Below, piece after piece: positions 1 through 9,353 of a stretch of DNA of 64,000 nucleotides; the first letter of the stretch is position 1, and each line of letters opens with the position of its first letter. The DNA comes from an uncultured Candidatus Saccharibacteria bacterium (GTDB lineage Bacteria; Patescibacteriota; Minisyncoccia; Phycocordibacterales; UBA2100): the NCBI GenBank assembly GCA_964545165.1, contig CAZJEQ010000002.1:37072-101071 (forward strand). Reading direction: 5' to 3'. The notes beneath the pieces were generated by a model. The model was not told the origin of the DNA, did no database searches, and saw only the letters and a list, made by a program, of their open reading frames with translations. The translations under genes and the position numbers were made by a program.

Positions 1-394
1 CATCGGACACCATCGGGGTGGTCGCCTCATCGGGCAATTCGGGTACGACCTTATCAACTTCGTCCTTCAATTTCTGAATGGATTTATCGAGATTGGCGCT
101 CGCATTGAATTCAACTACGACGGTCGAGAGACTCTCGCGCGAGGTCGAGGTGATGGTATTGAGATCAGGCAAATTCGCGAGGCTCGCTTCTACTTTGTCT
201 GTGACGAGGCGCTCCATGTCTTCTGGCGAAGCACCGGGCATCACAATCGTGACCACGCCGACAGGGATAGAAACCTCTGGCGTCGATTCTTTGGTGATTG
301 AGAGAGCGGCAATCGTACCCCACAGAGAAAGACCCACGATCACCAGGATCGTGAATTGCCTTTTCTCTATGAAGAAGTTCCAAATCGGGAGCAT
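1..394 (-). CDS. RND efflux transporter permease (AcrB-like), N-terminal 131 codons only; gene continues beyond window start
   Basis: Manual translation of minus strand from ATG (complement of 392-394) gives MLPIWNFFIEKRQFTILVIVGLSLWGTIAALSITKESTPEVSIPVGVVTIVMPGASPEDMERLVTDKVEASLANLPDLNTITSTSRESLSTVVVEFNASANLDKSIQKLKDEV... with no stop to position 1. This matches the conserved AcrB N-terminus (TM1 then porter domain). It is absent from the ORF track because it runs off the edge. Confidence 0.75.
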   Translation of the reverse strand, partial: MLPIWNFFIEKRQFTILVIVGLSLWGTIAALSITKESTPEVSIPVGVVTIVMPGASPEDMERLVTDKVEASLANLPDLNTITSTSRESLSTVVVEFNASANLDKSIQKLKDEVDKVVPELPDEATTPMVSD

Positions 395-400
395 ACCCGT

Positions 401-2017
401 CTATTTGGTGGAAACTTGTTGCCCAGCGCGAAGGCCGCGAGCGTCAGTTACGATCATCATCTCGGGAGTGAGTCCCGTGCTCACAATGACGCGCTCACCA
501 AGTAATTCGCCAAGCACGACCGGGTGCGCCTCAAGCGTCCCCTCTGCAGAGACGGTAAAAACGTTGGATTCATCGGATCCTACCTTGATCGCGCTGATTG
601 GAATCGAGAGGCGCGACGTATCGACGGCGCCGACTGCGACACCGCGGCGCTGGAAGGTCACGCTGATTGATTGACCATTGACGAGGTTTTTACCGGAGCC
701 GGTGACACCGATGCGCACCTCGATTTTTTTCGTCACCGGATCAAGCGCCGGCGCGATACGCGTGACGACGCCCTCAGCACCTTCTTCAAGCGAGACCTTG
801 TCCCCCGCCTTGATATGACGCATGTCTTGCTCCGTCACATAGGCAACAACTTCCAGCGCACCATTGTTAGCAATGGTAACGACTGGTGTGGACTGCGAGA
901 GATAATCACCACGTTTGATTGAGAGCGAATTGATCGTGCCGGAAATCGGAGCGCGAACGAGCGCCTTTTCCAGATTAGCGAGCGCTGCGGCATAGGTACC
1001 TTCTGCTTGCTTGAGCGCCGCGTTCGATGCAGCGACGTCTTCGTCCACGGGCCCGCTCACGCCCTGCTCCATATTCTTCTGCGCAGTCTGGAGCGCCTGC
1101 CGCGCAGCGGAGATCGAAGCGAGTGAAGCATTGACCGATCCGCGCGCTGCTACGGCTGTGGCCTGGTAGCCGGAGATCGTAGCCGTCGGCACGCTGATGG
1201 TCGCAATCGCTTTGTTCAGCCCGGTGATGATCGAATCGAGGAAGCCACGTACCGAGCGCAGCTCTGCTTCGGTGCGCGTCAACTCCCCAAGCAAGTCAGC
1301 TCCAGCGGAAACAGTGGAAGCTGCTGCTTCCTGACGCTGTAGCAAGGTATTCATAGCGATACGTCCGTCCTCGATACTGACGATGAGCTGCGAGTCCGGC
1401 ACGGTTACGACAAAATTCGGTCGAGAGCCGCGCGCATTATCGAACATCGCATCGACACCGCCAGAGATGGCGTTGTCGACCGCTGAGTACGCGGCGAGCA
1501 ACGTATTGACCGCACCGGATTTGGCGCCTTCAAGTGAGGACTGCAAGATACCGAGCTGTTCGGGGCGCGTACCTGATTGCACCTTGGCGAGTGACGCCTT
1601 CGCGGCATCCACGGCACCCTGCGCCTGCAGGAGCGCAGCGCGCTGCGACGAGGCCTCGATTTCAACGATGATGGTGCCTGCCGAAACGCTGTCTCCCAGC
1701 GCGCGATTGACACGGGTGACCTGGCCAGACGTCTCTGCACGCACGCTTGCCTCGGAGACTGAGCTGACCGAGCCAACGACCGTGAGCGGTGCCGACTGGG
1801 AAGCAAGCTCAGCCACCGAGCGTACCTCGACCGCGCGAGACGCCTTGGCGGACTCAGCAATCGGGTCGCTCCCACCATGCAGGAACATAATAGCGACAAT
1901 CACCACCGCCAGACCGATACCGGCAGTAATCTTCTGCTTTTTGTTCATCCGGAGCGCACGGTGCCAGAGCGCCGTGGCTTTATGAGTAAGAGAGGAAAGT
2001 TTCATCCGCTCCATCAT
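401..2017 (-). CDS. Efflux RND periplasmic adaptor / membrane fusion protein (HlyD/AcrA family)
   Basis: N-terminal TM anchor (ITAGIGLAVVIVAIMF), long Ala/Gln-rich coiled-coil, biotin-lipoyl-like and beta-barrel segments. It lies immediately upstream of the partial RND permease. The track ORF begins at a TTG (2041); the first ATG is at 2017. Confidence 0.8.
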   Translation of the reverse strand: MMERMKLSSLTHKATALWHRALRMNKKQKITAGIGLAVVIVAIMFLHGGSDPIAESAKASRAVEVRSVAELASQSAPLTVVGSVSSVSEASVRAETSGQVTRVNRALGDSVSAGTIIVEIEASSQRAALLQAQGAVDAAKASLAKVQSGTRPEQLGILQSSLEGAKSGAVNTLLAAYSAVDNAISGGVDAMFDNARGSRPNFVVTVPDSQLIVSIEDGRIAMNTLLQRQEAAASTVSAGADLLGELTRTEAELRSVRGFLDSIITGLNKAIATISVPTATISGYQATAVAARGSVNASLASISAARQALQTAQKNMEQGVSGPVDEDVAASNAALKQAEGTYAAALANLEKALVRAPISGTINSLSIKRGDYLSQSTPVVTIANNGALEVVAYVTEQDMRHIKAGDKVSLEEGAEGVVTRIAPALDPVTKKIEVRIGVTGSGKNLVNGQSISVTFQRRGVAVGAVDTSRLSIPISAIKVGSDESNVFTVSAEGTLEAHPVVLGELLGERVIVSTGLTPEMMIVTDARGLRAGQQVSTK

Positions 2018-2037
2018 GTCAGAAAAACGCCGCAGTT

Positions 2038-3156
2038 TCAATGTGTGTGACCACTGCTTGTCTGCGAGATTTCCCTGCCAACGAGCACGTAACTTGCGAT
2101 AAGCGTAGTCACCGGGACCGTGAGCACGATGCCAATCGAACCAATGATGGTGCGGACAATCTCGGTCGCAAAAAGCTCGCGATTGATTGTCACCAAGATT
2201 GAATCCGTGCTGAACCCGTAAAAGAGCAACAGGAGTGGCAGTGACGCACCGACGTATGCTATAGCAAGCGTATTAACCAGCGCACCAATATGCTCACGGC
2301 CAATGCGAAGCGCACGGAGAAATACTTCGCGACGCGACAGATGTGAGCCTGCCCGAGCAAGTTCTTCCACCGCGACCGCCTGGCCGATCGCCGCATCGTA
2401 GAGGACCCCGAGCGTGCCAATGATTATGCCGCCTATTAAAAGGCCTCCGAGATCGATTGCACCCCGAAGATTGATATTCAAGTAGAGCGCCTCGTCATTG
2501 CCCATACCGGAGAGGTGCGCAAACGGAATCGCGATATAGGCGAGCAATCCCGTGAGGATAATCGTAAGGATCATGCCAGCAACCGCAGTTGAAGTCGTGC
2601 GATTGAAGCCATGCGTGACGTACGAACCCAGCACGACAATGAACGAAGCGACACCGACTGATATTAAAATCGGCGAATATCCGTGCAGGACGCCAGGCAA
2701 AAGCAGGAACAAAATACAGAACAAGCTCCCCACGAGTGCGAGGAGTCCGCGGATACCTTGTCTCCCGCCGAATACAACCACCACGGCGATGAAAAGGAGG
2801 AGCATGAGAGCGAGTTGCGGCAAACGGTAGGGGTCCGTCACCTCGTAATAATCAACGTCGCTGGCAGCATTGGTGACATGGGTAAGGAAAAATACCTGAC
2901 CGACTTCGAGATTCAGGTAGTCATTCTCAACAATGACATACTTCTCTTTTTCGGGACCGTCGAGCACCTCTGCTTGAATAGTCTGCAAAATCCCTTCAAC
3001 TGCTGTACCTGGCACGGTACGATTGGTTTGCGAGATGATTTGCAACACCCTCGCTTTTACAGTGATGGAAGTGTCCGGCACTAATTCCTGCGCCACAGCG
3101 AGCACCGGTACAGAGAGACTCACGAGACAGGCAAGAGAGATGAGTGCGCGACGCAT
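2038..3156 (-). CDS. YibE/F family multi-pass membrane protein
   Basis: Signal peptide plus soluble N-domain followed by Gly-rich polytopic membrane region typical of YibE/F. Stop overlaps the start region of the adaptor gene (operon). Confidence 0.65.
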   Translation of the reverse strand: MRRALISLACLVSLSVPVLAVAQELVPDTSITVKARVLQIISQTNRTVPGTAVEGILQTIQAEVLDGPEKEKYVIVENDYLNLEVGQVFFLTHVTNAASDVDYYEVTDPYRLPQLALMLLLFIAVVVVFGGRQGIRGLLALVGSLFCILFLLLPGVLHGYSPILISVGVASFIVVLGSYVTHGFNRTTSTAVAGMILTIILTGLLAYIAIPFAHLSGMGNDEALYLNINLRGAIDLGGLLIGGIIIGTLGVLYDAAIGQAVAVEELARAGSHLSRREVFLRALRIGREHIGALVNTLAIAYVGASLPLLLLFYGFSTDSILVTINRELFATEIVRTIIGSIGIVLTVPVTTLIASYVLVGREISQTSSGHTH

Positions 3157-3163
3157 GACTTCA

Positions 3164-3904
3164 CTATACCCCGGCGAGTTTGATCACGACGTAGAGCGTT
3201 GCAATGCCGATAACGGAGGCAATGGTCGTCCAGCGAACCGGATGCGCGTGGTGACTCTCTGGAAGTAGGTCGGACGCGCCAATGTAGAGGAAAAAGCCAG
3301 CGAAAAGCGCGAGAAGGAGTCCCAGATTTGATTCACTGACAGTCAAGAACGACGCAACAATGATGCCAGCGACTGGTGCAAGCGCATCGACGCAGAGCCA
3401 CTTCATCGCCATGAGACGTGTGCCGCCATTTTTTACAATCATGTTGACCGTATTGATACCGTCAGAGAAATCATGAGCCAGCACCGCTGCCGCGACCACA
3501 AGTCCAACTTCGGGCGATACCTGAAATGCCAGCCCGATACCAATGCCGTCAAGGAAGCTATGGAGCGAGAGTGAGCCTGCTCCAAGTGAGGCACGATGCG
3601 ATGCATAGCCCTGCGCATGATCATCATGGTGATGATGCATCACGATGAGGCGGTCGAGAATGAGGTAGGCAGTAAAGCCGAGTGCAATGATGCCCGTCGT
3701 AAAGCTCACGTCATGCGTCTCACCCACGAGCTCAAGTGCTTCGGGCAGAAGATCAAAGAAAGCGACGCCGATCACTGCCCCTGCGGAGAATCCGAGAATC
3801 AGATGAAGACGGTCTTTTAAACGGAGGGCAAACACACCACCGAGTATGGTTGCTGCAAAGGCAGCGGCTGCGATGTAGATCGTAATCATGCGCAATTGGT
3901 GCAC
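3164..3904 (-). CDS. zupT: ZIP family zinc transporter ZupT
   Basis: HxxxD/HH-rich loop (MHHHHDDHAQGY) and conserved ZIP TM motifs (HSFLDGIGIG, HDFSDG). Confidence 0.85.
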   Translation of the reverse strand: MHQLRMITIYIAAAAFAATILGGVFALRLKDRLHLILGFSAGAVIGVAFFDLLPEALELVGETHDVSFTTGIIALGFTAYLILDRLIVMHHHHDDHAQGYASHRASLGAGSLSLHSFLDGIGIGLAFQVSPEVGLVVAAAVLAHDFSDGINTVNMIVKNGGTRLMAMKWLCVDALAPVAGIIVASFLTVSESNLGLLLALFAGFFLYIGASDLLPESHHAHPVRWTTIASVIGIATLYVVIKLAGV

Positions 3905-4302
3905 GTCCCGAAGAATTCGAGCGCATGCGAGTTTATTTGATTAAAGAAACGAGACTCCTTGGCCACCGAGCGAGCAAACGTGTCCGAGATGCACGCATCC
4001 ACATCCTCGACGGCGCCGCAATCAGTGCAGACGATGTGATGGTGATGGTGCCCTGGCTCCGTGAATTCGTAGCAGACCTTGCCTGCGCGCAATTCCACGC
4101 GCGAGATGATGCCTGCCTTTTCAAACGACTCTGCGATGCGATACACCGTGACCAGATCAGCCTTCTTGCCGAGCCGCTCTGCGATATCAGAGACCGGCAG
4201 CGGCACCTCAGACGCCGCAAGTGTCGCCAAAAAGGCGAGGCGCGGCTTCGTGGCGCGGAATCCCGCATCGCGAACCACTTGTTTCAGCTCTGTGTCTATC
4301 AT
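3886..4302 (-). CDS. zur: Fur-family metalloregulator, probably Zur (start at internal Met MIDTELKQ)
   Basis: Winged-helix Fur N-domain (RATKPRLAFLATLA...) and C-terminal HHHHH...CTDCG...C metal site. Overlaps zupT start by 19 nt, so co-transcribed. Confidence 0.75.
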   Translation of the reverse strand: MIDTELKQVVRDAGFRATKPRLAFLATLAASEVPLPVSDIAERLGKKADLVTVYRIAESFEKAGIISRVELRAGKVCYEFTEPGHHHHHIVCTDCGAVEDVDACISDTFARSVAKESRFFNQINSHALEFFGTCTNCA

Positions 4303-4321
4303 GGGAATACCATATACTAGA

Positions 4322-4336
4322 TGCAAATTATTTGCA
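4322..4336. promoter_or_regulatory. Perfect 7-1-7 palindrome TGCAAATTATTTGCA in zur/zupT promoter, candidate Zur box
   Basis: Read directly; lies 20-34 nt upstream of the zur start and between the divergent zur and the 4396 gene. Confidence 0.4.
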
Positions 4337-4395
4337 AGTACTTGACAACGACGGGACGTTCGCATACCCTCCCGACACTAGTCATAAAAATCGAT

Positions 4396-5790
4396 ATGAA
4401 AAAATATTCACTCGCGTCGGCGTTATTGCTCATGTTCTTTACAGCTGCATCGCCAGCTTTCGCATCAGCAGTCCCCTGCCCTTACAACTGGAACCGCACG
4501 CTTACAGTAGGCATGACGGGCGCCGACGTACTCGCACTTCAGCAGTTTCTCAATAAAGATCCGCTGACTGCAGTCGCAACGGCCGGTGCCGGGTCCACTG
4601 GTTTCGAGACGACGAGTTTTGGCGGAAAGACCGCAAAAGCGGTGACGACATTCCAGGAAAAGTACCGCGCCGAAGTGCTTGCCCCTGCAGGACTCTCTCG
4701 CGGCACCGGCAGTATCGGACCGCGTACGAGAGCAAAGCTTAACGAGCTCTGCGCAGCCGCACCCACCAGTCTCGTCCCGACCGCGACCACAATCAGCGCG
4801 GCGCCCGTTCTCTCCATTTCCCGCCCCGAGCAGCCGATGCAGGGCATCGCTCCGTCGGGTGCAGGCGGTGTTCCCTTCACTATGTTCGTGCTCAGCACGG
4901 GAGGCAGCGACGCACAGGTGAAGAGCATTACCATCCAACGTGTCGGTGCCGGCGTGGATGGCGCGTTTGAGTCGGTCTACGTGGAAAGCGAAGACGGCTC
5001 ACTCGCGAGCGAAGAGAAGCGCTTGAATGCAGCGCACGTGGCAGTCTTGGGCGCTGATTTCACCATCCCAGCAAACAGCACGGTGCCTTTTACTGTCTTC
5101 GGAAATATGGACGATACGGCAGACTACGAGGGACAGATGCCCTCACTTCGCGTGCTTGCCATCGACGCATCAACGCCGGTCGAAGGCGCCCTCCCACTCG
5201 ATGGCACCGCGCAGACCATCAATGCCACGCTCGAGATCGGTAGCGCATCCGCTACGCTCTCATCGTACGATCCGCAAGGTGATCGTGATCTCTACATCAA
5301 TGAAACCGGTGTTCGCTTCTCAGGTATTCGCATCACTGCGGACTCGCGCGAGGATCTCGAGCTCTCGACAATCGAATGGGAGCAGGCGGGCTCTGCGGGA
5401 GTGGGAGATATTACCAATGTCGTAACCGTGATCGATGGTGTGAGCTACCCGACGAGAATCAGCGGTCGTGTGTACGCAACGGCCTTCTCCCCTGCCATCG
5501 TTGTTAAAAAGGGAGGGACAATTGACGTGCATGTGCAAGGCGACATTCTGCCTAGTGCTGCCAATCGCACAATCAAATTCGACGTGCGCGAGAGTGGCGC
5601 TATTGAGCTCACTGGATTGCAGTACGGCTTCGGCGTAGGCGTCACGGCTGGTGGCAATACCGCGCCAGACGGGAATTCAATCTTTACGACCAGTGACGGC
5701 ACTGGTGACGGTGAAGAAATGATTCCTTTCTTTTCGGGCTCGACGATACAAGTTTCCAGCGGTGGCTTTGTATCCGTGTCACGTAATTAA
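4396..5790 (+). CDS. Secreted protein with N-terminal peptidoglycan-binding (PG_binding_1-like) domain
   Basis: Signal peptide MKKYSLASALLLMFFTAASPAFA; motif GMTGADVLALQQFLN...GFETTSFGGKTAKAVTTFQEKY typical of PG-binding domain; remainder unrecognised and Gly/Thr-rich. Confidence 0.6.
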   Translation: MKKYSLASALLLMFFTAASPAFASAVPCPYNWNRTLTVGMTGADVLALQQFLNKDPLTAVATAGAGSTGFETTSFGGKTAKAVTTFQEKYRAEVLAPAGLSRGTGSIGPRTRAKLNELCAAAPTSLVPTATTISAAPVLSISRPEQPMQGIAPSGAGGVPFTMFVLSTGGSDAQVKSITIQRVGAGVDGAFESVYVESEDGSLASEEKRLNAAHVAVLGADFTIPANSTVPFTVFGNMDDTADYEGQMPSLRVLAIDASTPVEGALPLDGTAQTINATLEIGSASATLSSYDPQGDRDLYINETGVRFSGIRITADSREDLELSTIEWEQAGSAGVGDITNVVTVIDGVSYPTRISGRVYATAFSPAIVVKKGGTIDVHVQGDILPSAANRTIKFDVRESGAIELTGLQYGFGVGVTAGGNTAPDGNSIFTTSDGTGDGEEMIPFFSGSTIQVSSGGFVSVSRN

Positions 5791-6359
5791 TTTCTCACGT
5801 ACGTAATAAAATCTTCGGCACGCGAGCCAAGCCAGACCGCAATGAGCGTTGAGCCAAGCGTCACTAGCCAGCCAAGTACGACGAGCAGCTCCATATGCCA
5901 GATGCGCTCTTCCACCTCACGCATGTTGCGCCCCGCTACAACAAACCGATCCCCTGCGGCGACCACGACGATCGCCTGACGAATTCCCTCTGCCGGCTGC
6001 CAGGTAATGCGCGTCTGCGCGGCAGTACTCGACGCATCCTGTGCTGTGAGATCCGTAAAAATAGTCACGGGTGGCTGCGGGAGCGCCTTTCCGAGGAGCC
6101 CGCTTGCAGCAAGCGGTGTGCCGGTGGCACTGTAGATGGCAAACCACGGGGCAATTGAATTCGAAATATCAACCGTGTCTTTCGGTACGATGACGGTCAC
6201 CTTTTCCCCGGCACGCAGGCGCGCGGCGGTGTCTTCTGCCACGCGGACCTGCGGATCATCAAATGTTTGGCGGTAGTCCTGTTGCGCAACAGCGTAAATC
6301 AGCACGCTCATGCACGAGAAGCCGATGGCAAGCGGGACCCATATACGAGCAAACCACAT
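5787..6359 (-). CDS. Hypothetical membrane-anchored protein
   Basis: N-terminal and C-terminal hydrophobic helices; 4-nt overlap with upstream gene end; no recognisable domain. Confidence 0.45.
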   Translation of the reverse strand: MWFARIWVPLAIGFSCMSVLIYAVAQQDYRQTFDDPQVRVAEDTAARLRAGEKVTVIVPKDTVDISNSIAPWFAIYSATGTPLAASGLLGKALPQPPVTIFTDLTAQDASSTAAQTRITWQPAEGIRQAIVVVAAGDRFVVAGRNMREVEERIWHMELLVVLGWLVTLGSTLIAVWLGSRAEDFITYVRN

Positions 6360-6415
6360 ACCTAAGAATATACCAGGAATCCCGCTCCCTCGCTTGTGGC
6401 GCTATGCACCCGCGC

Positions 6416-7336
6416 CTACGCGAGGATGTGCTGGTTTTTGGGATCCAGAATCGAGGAGAGGAGCGCCATGCGGACAATGAGTCCGTACCCAATCTGGCGG
6501 AAGTAGACGGCGTGCGGAGAATCATCTACCTCTGGCGTGATTTCCCCGACGCGCGGCAAGGGATGAATGATGATGCCGCCTTCTTTCATAGAATCGGCCC
6601 GCTTTCTATCGATGATGTACTGACCGCGCGTGCGCTCATATGCCTCTGGCGAGAGACGCTCCTTCTGAATACGCGTTTGGTAGATCACGTCAGCTTCTTT
6701 CATGACCTCATCGAGCGACTCAGTCTCATCGTACGCGACGTTATGCTCCTTGAGATAATCCTTAAGCTCATCACTCATTGCCAGCTCCCGTGACGAGACG
6801 CCCGTGATTTTTACGTTGTCGAACTTGCCGAGGAGGTATGAGAGGGAGCGTGCGGAGCGGTAGTAACGCAAGTCACCAATGATGCAGATATGCGCGCCAT
6901 CGATTTTACCGAGCTCGCGCTCGATGGTGTACATGTCGAGCAGCGCCTGCGTCGGATGCTGTCCTGCCCCATCACCCGCGTTGATAATCGGGACGCCCGA
7001 GACTTCCGCAGCGCGCTCCGCTGATCCCATTTCCGGATGACGAATGGTGATGGCATCGGCGTAATGATTCAACACACGAATCGTGTCTTCGAGGGTCTCA
7101 CCTTTGGTCGCCGAGGAGACCTCCGCTGCATTTTCTGCGGTGAGGATTTGTCCGCCCAATCGATACATGGCCGACTCAAAAGAAAACCGAGTGCGTGTAC
7201 TCGGTTCAAAGAAAATCGTTGCCATTATTTTGCCGTGGAGCGAATCATCACGGTGGCCTTCCATCTGGGTGGCCAGATCAAAAAGCTTTCTAAGGGAGTC
7301 GCGACTAAATTGCTGGGTCTCTAAGAGGTGTTTCAT
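6416..7336 (-). CDS. pyrB: Aspartate carbamoyltransferase catalytic subunit
   Basis: STRTRFSFE, HPTQALLD, HPLPRV motifs. The true start is the internal Met MKHLLETQQF; the track ORF carries a 63-aa spurious extension. Confidence 0.85.
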   Translation of the reverse strand: MKHLLETQQFSRDSLRKLFDLATQMEGHRDDSLHGKIMATIFFEPSTRTRFSFESAMYRLGGQILTAENAAEVSSATKGETLEDTIRVLNHYADAITIRHPEMGSAERAAEVSGVPIINAGDGAGQHPTQALLDMYTIERELGKIDGAHICIIGDLRYYRSARSLSYLLGKFDNVKITGVSSRELAMSDELKDYLKEHNVAYDETESLDEVMKEADVIYQTRIQKERLSPEAYERTRGQYIIDRKRADSMKEGGIIIHPLPRVGEITPEVDDSPHAVYFRQIGYGLIVRMALLSSILDPKNQHILA

Positions 7337-7394
7337 CGCGAAGCAGTATACATCAGGGGCGCGCCGAGAAATCAACTGCTCACAAGGCTGTGGA

Positions 7395-7985
7395 TTACCG
7401 GAGCGCGAACACCGCCGGATCTCCATACAGGTAGCGCCAGAGCCAACTGAGGAGGGCGGTTGAAGTCGCGGCGACAGCGAGGGAATTATCTCCCGCTCCC
7501 GAAGAGAGCGGCACGTCTCTCGCACCAGTCGAGGGGATGCCGGGAAGCGCCTGCGCCTCCACCTCTATCTCTTGCGCAGGAGCGAGTCGCTCGGCGAGCG
7601 AAAGGTTGCGAACCGCTGACGCGCGCAAGGTGGCATGAGAGAGTTCTGCTGCGAGCATGCCCGTTACATTGACCACATCGCCTTTCTTGATGGCTTGGAG
7701 CGAGTCGCGCGAGGAGCCTGCCGGAGTGAATTTGGTCGAACCGGTCGTCTCAACCGACCACGTGAGCTGCGTCGCACCCCAGGTCGTCGATACAACGATC
7801 GTAAGCCCCTCGACTGATATCACCGTGGCACCTTTGATCATGGTCTGGCCATTCGAGGCAATCGATATTTGCGAGCCACTATTCAGAGCGCTATCAGCAT
7901 GCACGGAATCCCCCGTCCATAAAAGGAGCGTCGCGATGACGAGGAAGGTTCCATATATGAAGCGTGAGGTGTGTTCTTTAATCAT
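7395..7985 (-). CDS. Hypothetical secreted protein
   Basis: Signal-anchor then Ser/Thr-rich beta-rich sequence; no domain recognised. Confidence 0.45.
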   Translation of the reverse strand: MIKEHTSRFIYGTFLVIATLLLWTGDSVHADSALNSGSQISIASNGQTMIKGATVISVEGLTIVVSTTWGATQLTWSVETTGSTKFTPAGSSRDSLQAIKKGDVVNVTGMLAAELSHATLRASAVRNLSLAERLAPAQEIEVEAQALPGIPSTGARDVPLSSGAGDNSLAVAATSTALLSWLWRYLYGDPAVFALR

Positions 7986-8048
7986 AGAATGCTGCTCGCG
8001 TATGTTTGACGCGCTGCGGTGCTTGTACTTACTAACGTCTAAAATGGC

Positions 8049-8198
8049 TTACAGCGTCTTCCCGCCCCGGATTACGCGAAAGAGCGCAATCGCAATCGCG
8101 ACAACGAGAAGCAAGTGGAGAAAGCCACCAACCGTATAGGACGTAACAAGTCCGAGAATCCAGAGGGCGAGGAGAATGCCGGCGATGGTGTAGAGCAT
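8049..8198 (-). CDS. lmo0937-family small membrane protein (49 aa)
   Basis: Manual translation MLYTIAGILLALWILGLVTSYTVGGFLHLLLVVAIAIALFRVIRGGKTL; two-TM GG-hinge architecture characteristic of this small-protein family. Not in the track because it is shorter than 60 aa. Confidence 0.55.
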   Translation of the reverse strand: MLYTIAGILLALWILGLVTSYTVGGFLHLLLVVAIAIALFRVIRGGKTL

Positions 8199-8291
8199 AG
8201 GTGGTCTTGAAAATGAATAAATACCGGACGCGCCAGCGCATCAGGAGCCAATACTATGCCTCTCCTACTGAAGCGAGTGTGAAGGATGAAG

Positions 8292-8930
8292 TTAGTCCGC
8301 CAGGTGTGCACGATCGTTGAAGACGCGGATACACCATTTCGTGTGCTCAGCCTTTGAATCCATCGTGAGCACTGTAATGCCAGTGTTGTCGGTCTGCATC
8401 GTGAGCATGAGCTTCTTGAATTCCGCCCCCGTGTGATCAGGACCCAAAATGATCACGGCGAGAAGGACCTTCAAGTATGAACCATGTCCTACGAGCAGTA
8501 TCGACTCACTCGTATGTGATTCGAGATAGGCGAGCGCCTTCATCACGCGCGCTTTGAGCTCGTGGAAGGTCTCGCCATCCCCCGCTTTCGGACCTTCGTC
8601 GACAAGGCTGAGCATCCAGGCTGCTTCCAGGAGCAATGCATCAGCATCGAGTGGACTCTTGCCGACGTTATCTGATGGCCGACCGCGCTCATCAAAGAGT
8701 GGACTGGTTTCGATCGAGAGCCCTGTCGCGCGCGAAATAATCTCTGCTGTCTCGCGCGAGCGCGCCATCGTACTCGCGATCAAGGTGTCGACAGGCAATT
8801 TCTTGCAGCGCTCTGCTACGACGCGCGCTTGCTCGCGCCCAAGGTCATTTAACGCCGTCTCGGGACCCTGGAAAATCTTACCGATATTGCCCTCGGTCTC
8901 GCCGTGGCGAACAATGTAGACGGTTTTCAT
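8292..8930 (-). CDS. Histidine phosphatase family protein (phosphoglycerate-mutase-like)
   Basis: N-terminal RHGETEGN catalytic motif and later conserved His (HG). Confidence 0.75.
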   Translation of the reverse strand: MKTVYIVRHGETEGNIGKIFQGPETALNDLGREQARVVAERCKKLPVDTLIASTMARSRETAEIISRATGLSIETSPLFDERGRPSDNVGKSPLDADALLLEAAWMLSLVDEGPKAGDGETFHELKARVMKALAYLESHTSESILLVGHGSYLKVLLAVIILGPDHTGAEFKKLMLTMQTDNTGITVLTMDSKAEHTKWCIRVFNDRAHLAD

Positions 8931-9280
8931 GACTGCGTGCGCACCACGGTGACGCCTGGCATGCCATTGGTGAGCGCCGCCGGCTTTTTGACTGTCACCT
9001 CGACTTTCACGACGCGCGTATCTTCCAGGAGACGCTTCGCGATATGATCTGCCAGGCGCTCTATAAGATAGAACGACTCCTTCTCTACGATCTGCTTCAC
9101 GATCCCAGCAAATGGCATGTAATCCAGTGTGTCGGCGAGATCGTCTGAGGCAGACGCCACGCGCGTATCGAACTCGGCGACAATATCAATGATGAATTCC
9201 TGCTCGTTTAGCCGCTCACTCTCGTGGACACCGTGCTTGCCAAAAAGTGAGATACCGGTAATGAATACGCGATCATGCAT
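8927..9280 (-). CDS. folB: Dihydroneopterin aldolase
   Basis: Length about 117 aa, FITGISLFGKHGV...E...K pattern of FolB; ATGA overlap with downstream phosphatase gene. Confidence 0.65.
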   Translation of the reverse strand: MHDRVFITGISLFGKHGVHESERLNEQEFIIDIVAEFDTRVASASDDLADTLDYMPFAGIVKQIVEKESFYLIERLADHIAKRLLEDTRVVKVEVTVKKPAALTNGMPGVTVVRTQS

Positions 9281-9353
9281 GGCGACATGCTAGCACATGG
9301 CACCTTCACTAAAAAAATGATATTGATGAGCCTAAGCCTAACCGTACCAATCC

